Part shown: positions 23,848-24,000 of the stretch, piece by piece
Numbering within the stretch: the stretch's first letter is position 1
Layout: each line of letters starts with the position of its first letter
NCBI RefSeq assembly: GCF_001748365.1
Contig: NZ_BDHH01000002.1
Coordinates: forward strand, 49,983 to 73,982
DNA from: Fusibacter sp. 3D3
GTDB lineage: Bacteria > Bacillota > Clostridia > Peptostreptococcales > Acidaminobacteraceae
Direction: 5' to 3'
Length of the DNA: 24,000 nucleotides
Notes under the pieces: model-generated
Database searches by the model: none
The model's input: only the letters and a program-made list of their open reading frames with translations
What the model was told of the DNA's origin: nothing
Made by a program: the position numbers and the translations under genes

Positions 23848-24000
23848 TTATTTCAATTCCAAATTTTCAGCAATATTTAAAAATGTCTCTTTGTCTAAAG
23901 TCCCTAAAATATAAAATGCATCCGTATCGGTTGCCCAGAGCAGTATACTCAGATCCTCTTTTTCAACAAATATACCCGCCATTCCATTAATTTCAATGTC
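23848..24000 (-). CDS. Second DUF4367-type anti-sigma factor paralogue; only the 3' end is in the window
   Basis: The plus strand from 23848 aligns with 22029..22181 with about 17 mismatches in ~153 nt and no gaps (counted by eye). It keeps the same frame and stop position, encoding the ...LLW....YILGTLDKETFLNIAENLELK-type C-terminus. Confidence 0.75.
   Translation of the reverse strand, partial: DIEINGMAGIFVEKEDLSILLWATDTDAFYILGTLDKETFLNIAENLELK

Noticed and set aside
1-24000. CRISPR arrays, rRNA, tRNA and prophage structural genes.
   Set aside because: I saw no regularly spaced short direct repeats, no rRNA- or tRNA-like sequence, and no phage structural or integrase genes on either strand.

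Overview
Low-GC Firmicutes-type chromosome segment with two very different halves.

**Core half (1 to ~11.85 kb), mostly minus strand**
- A riboflavin operon, ribD-ribE-ribBA-ribH (ribH is cut by the window edge). It sits behind a textbook FMN riboswitch with its own promoter and terminator.
- A ribose operon, rbsR-rbsK-rbsD-rbsA-rbsC-rbsB, with two LacI/RbsR-type palindromic operators.
- On the plus strand, an AbrB-duplication membrane protein and a BmrR/Mta-like MerR regulator. The MerR gene is frameshifted near its 3' end and has a classic 19-bp-spacer MerR promoter.

**Accessory half (~11.85 kb to the end), visibly more AT-rich**
- An orphan PBECR-like putative nuclease.
- A graveyard of nested IS fragments: two IS630-like, one IS66-like and one IS1182/IS5-like.
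- Four copies of a ~115-bp MITE-like inverted-repeat element, plus small exported and membrane proteins.

**Most interesting stretch (17.2-24.0 kb)**
- An ECF-type sigma factor and a DUF4367-type anti-sigma factor are followed by six uncharacterised exported or membrane proteins, two of them paralogues.
- An ECF-type promoter (TGTAAC-N16-CGTTATATA) lies directly after the anti-sigma gene.
- The 6.2-kb unit is bracketed by a 281-bp near-identical direct repeat.
- A diverged second anti-sigma paralogue sits at the window edge. There the ~4.5-kb cargo position is occupied by a 120-nt noncoding element closed by an inverted repeat.
- That element has a diverged second copy at the core/accessory boundary (~11.87 kb).

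**Limits**
- I cannot assign function to the cargo proteins or to the noncoding element from sequence alone, and I ran no database searches.
- I saw no CRISPR array, rRNA or tRNA.
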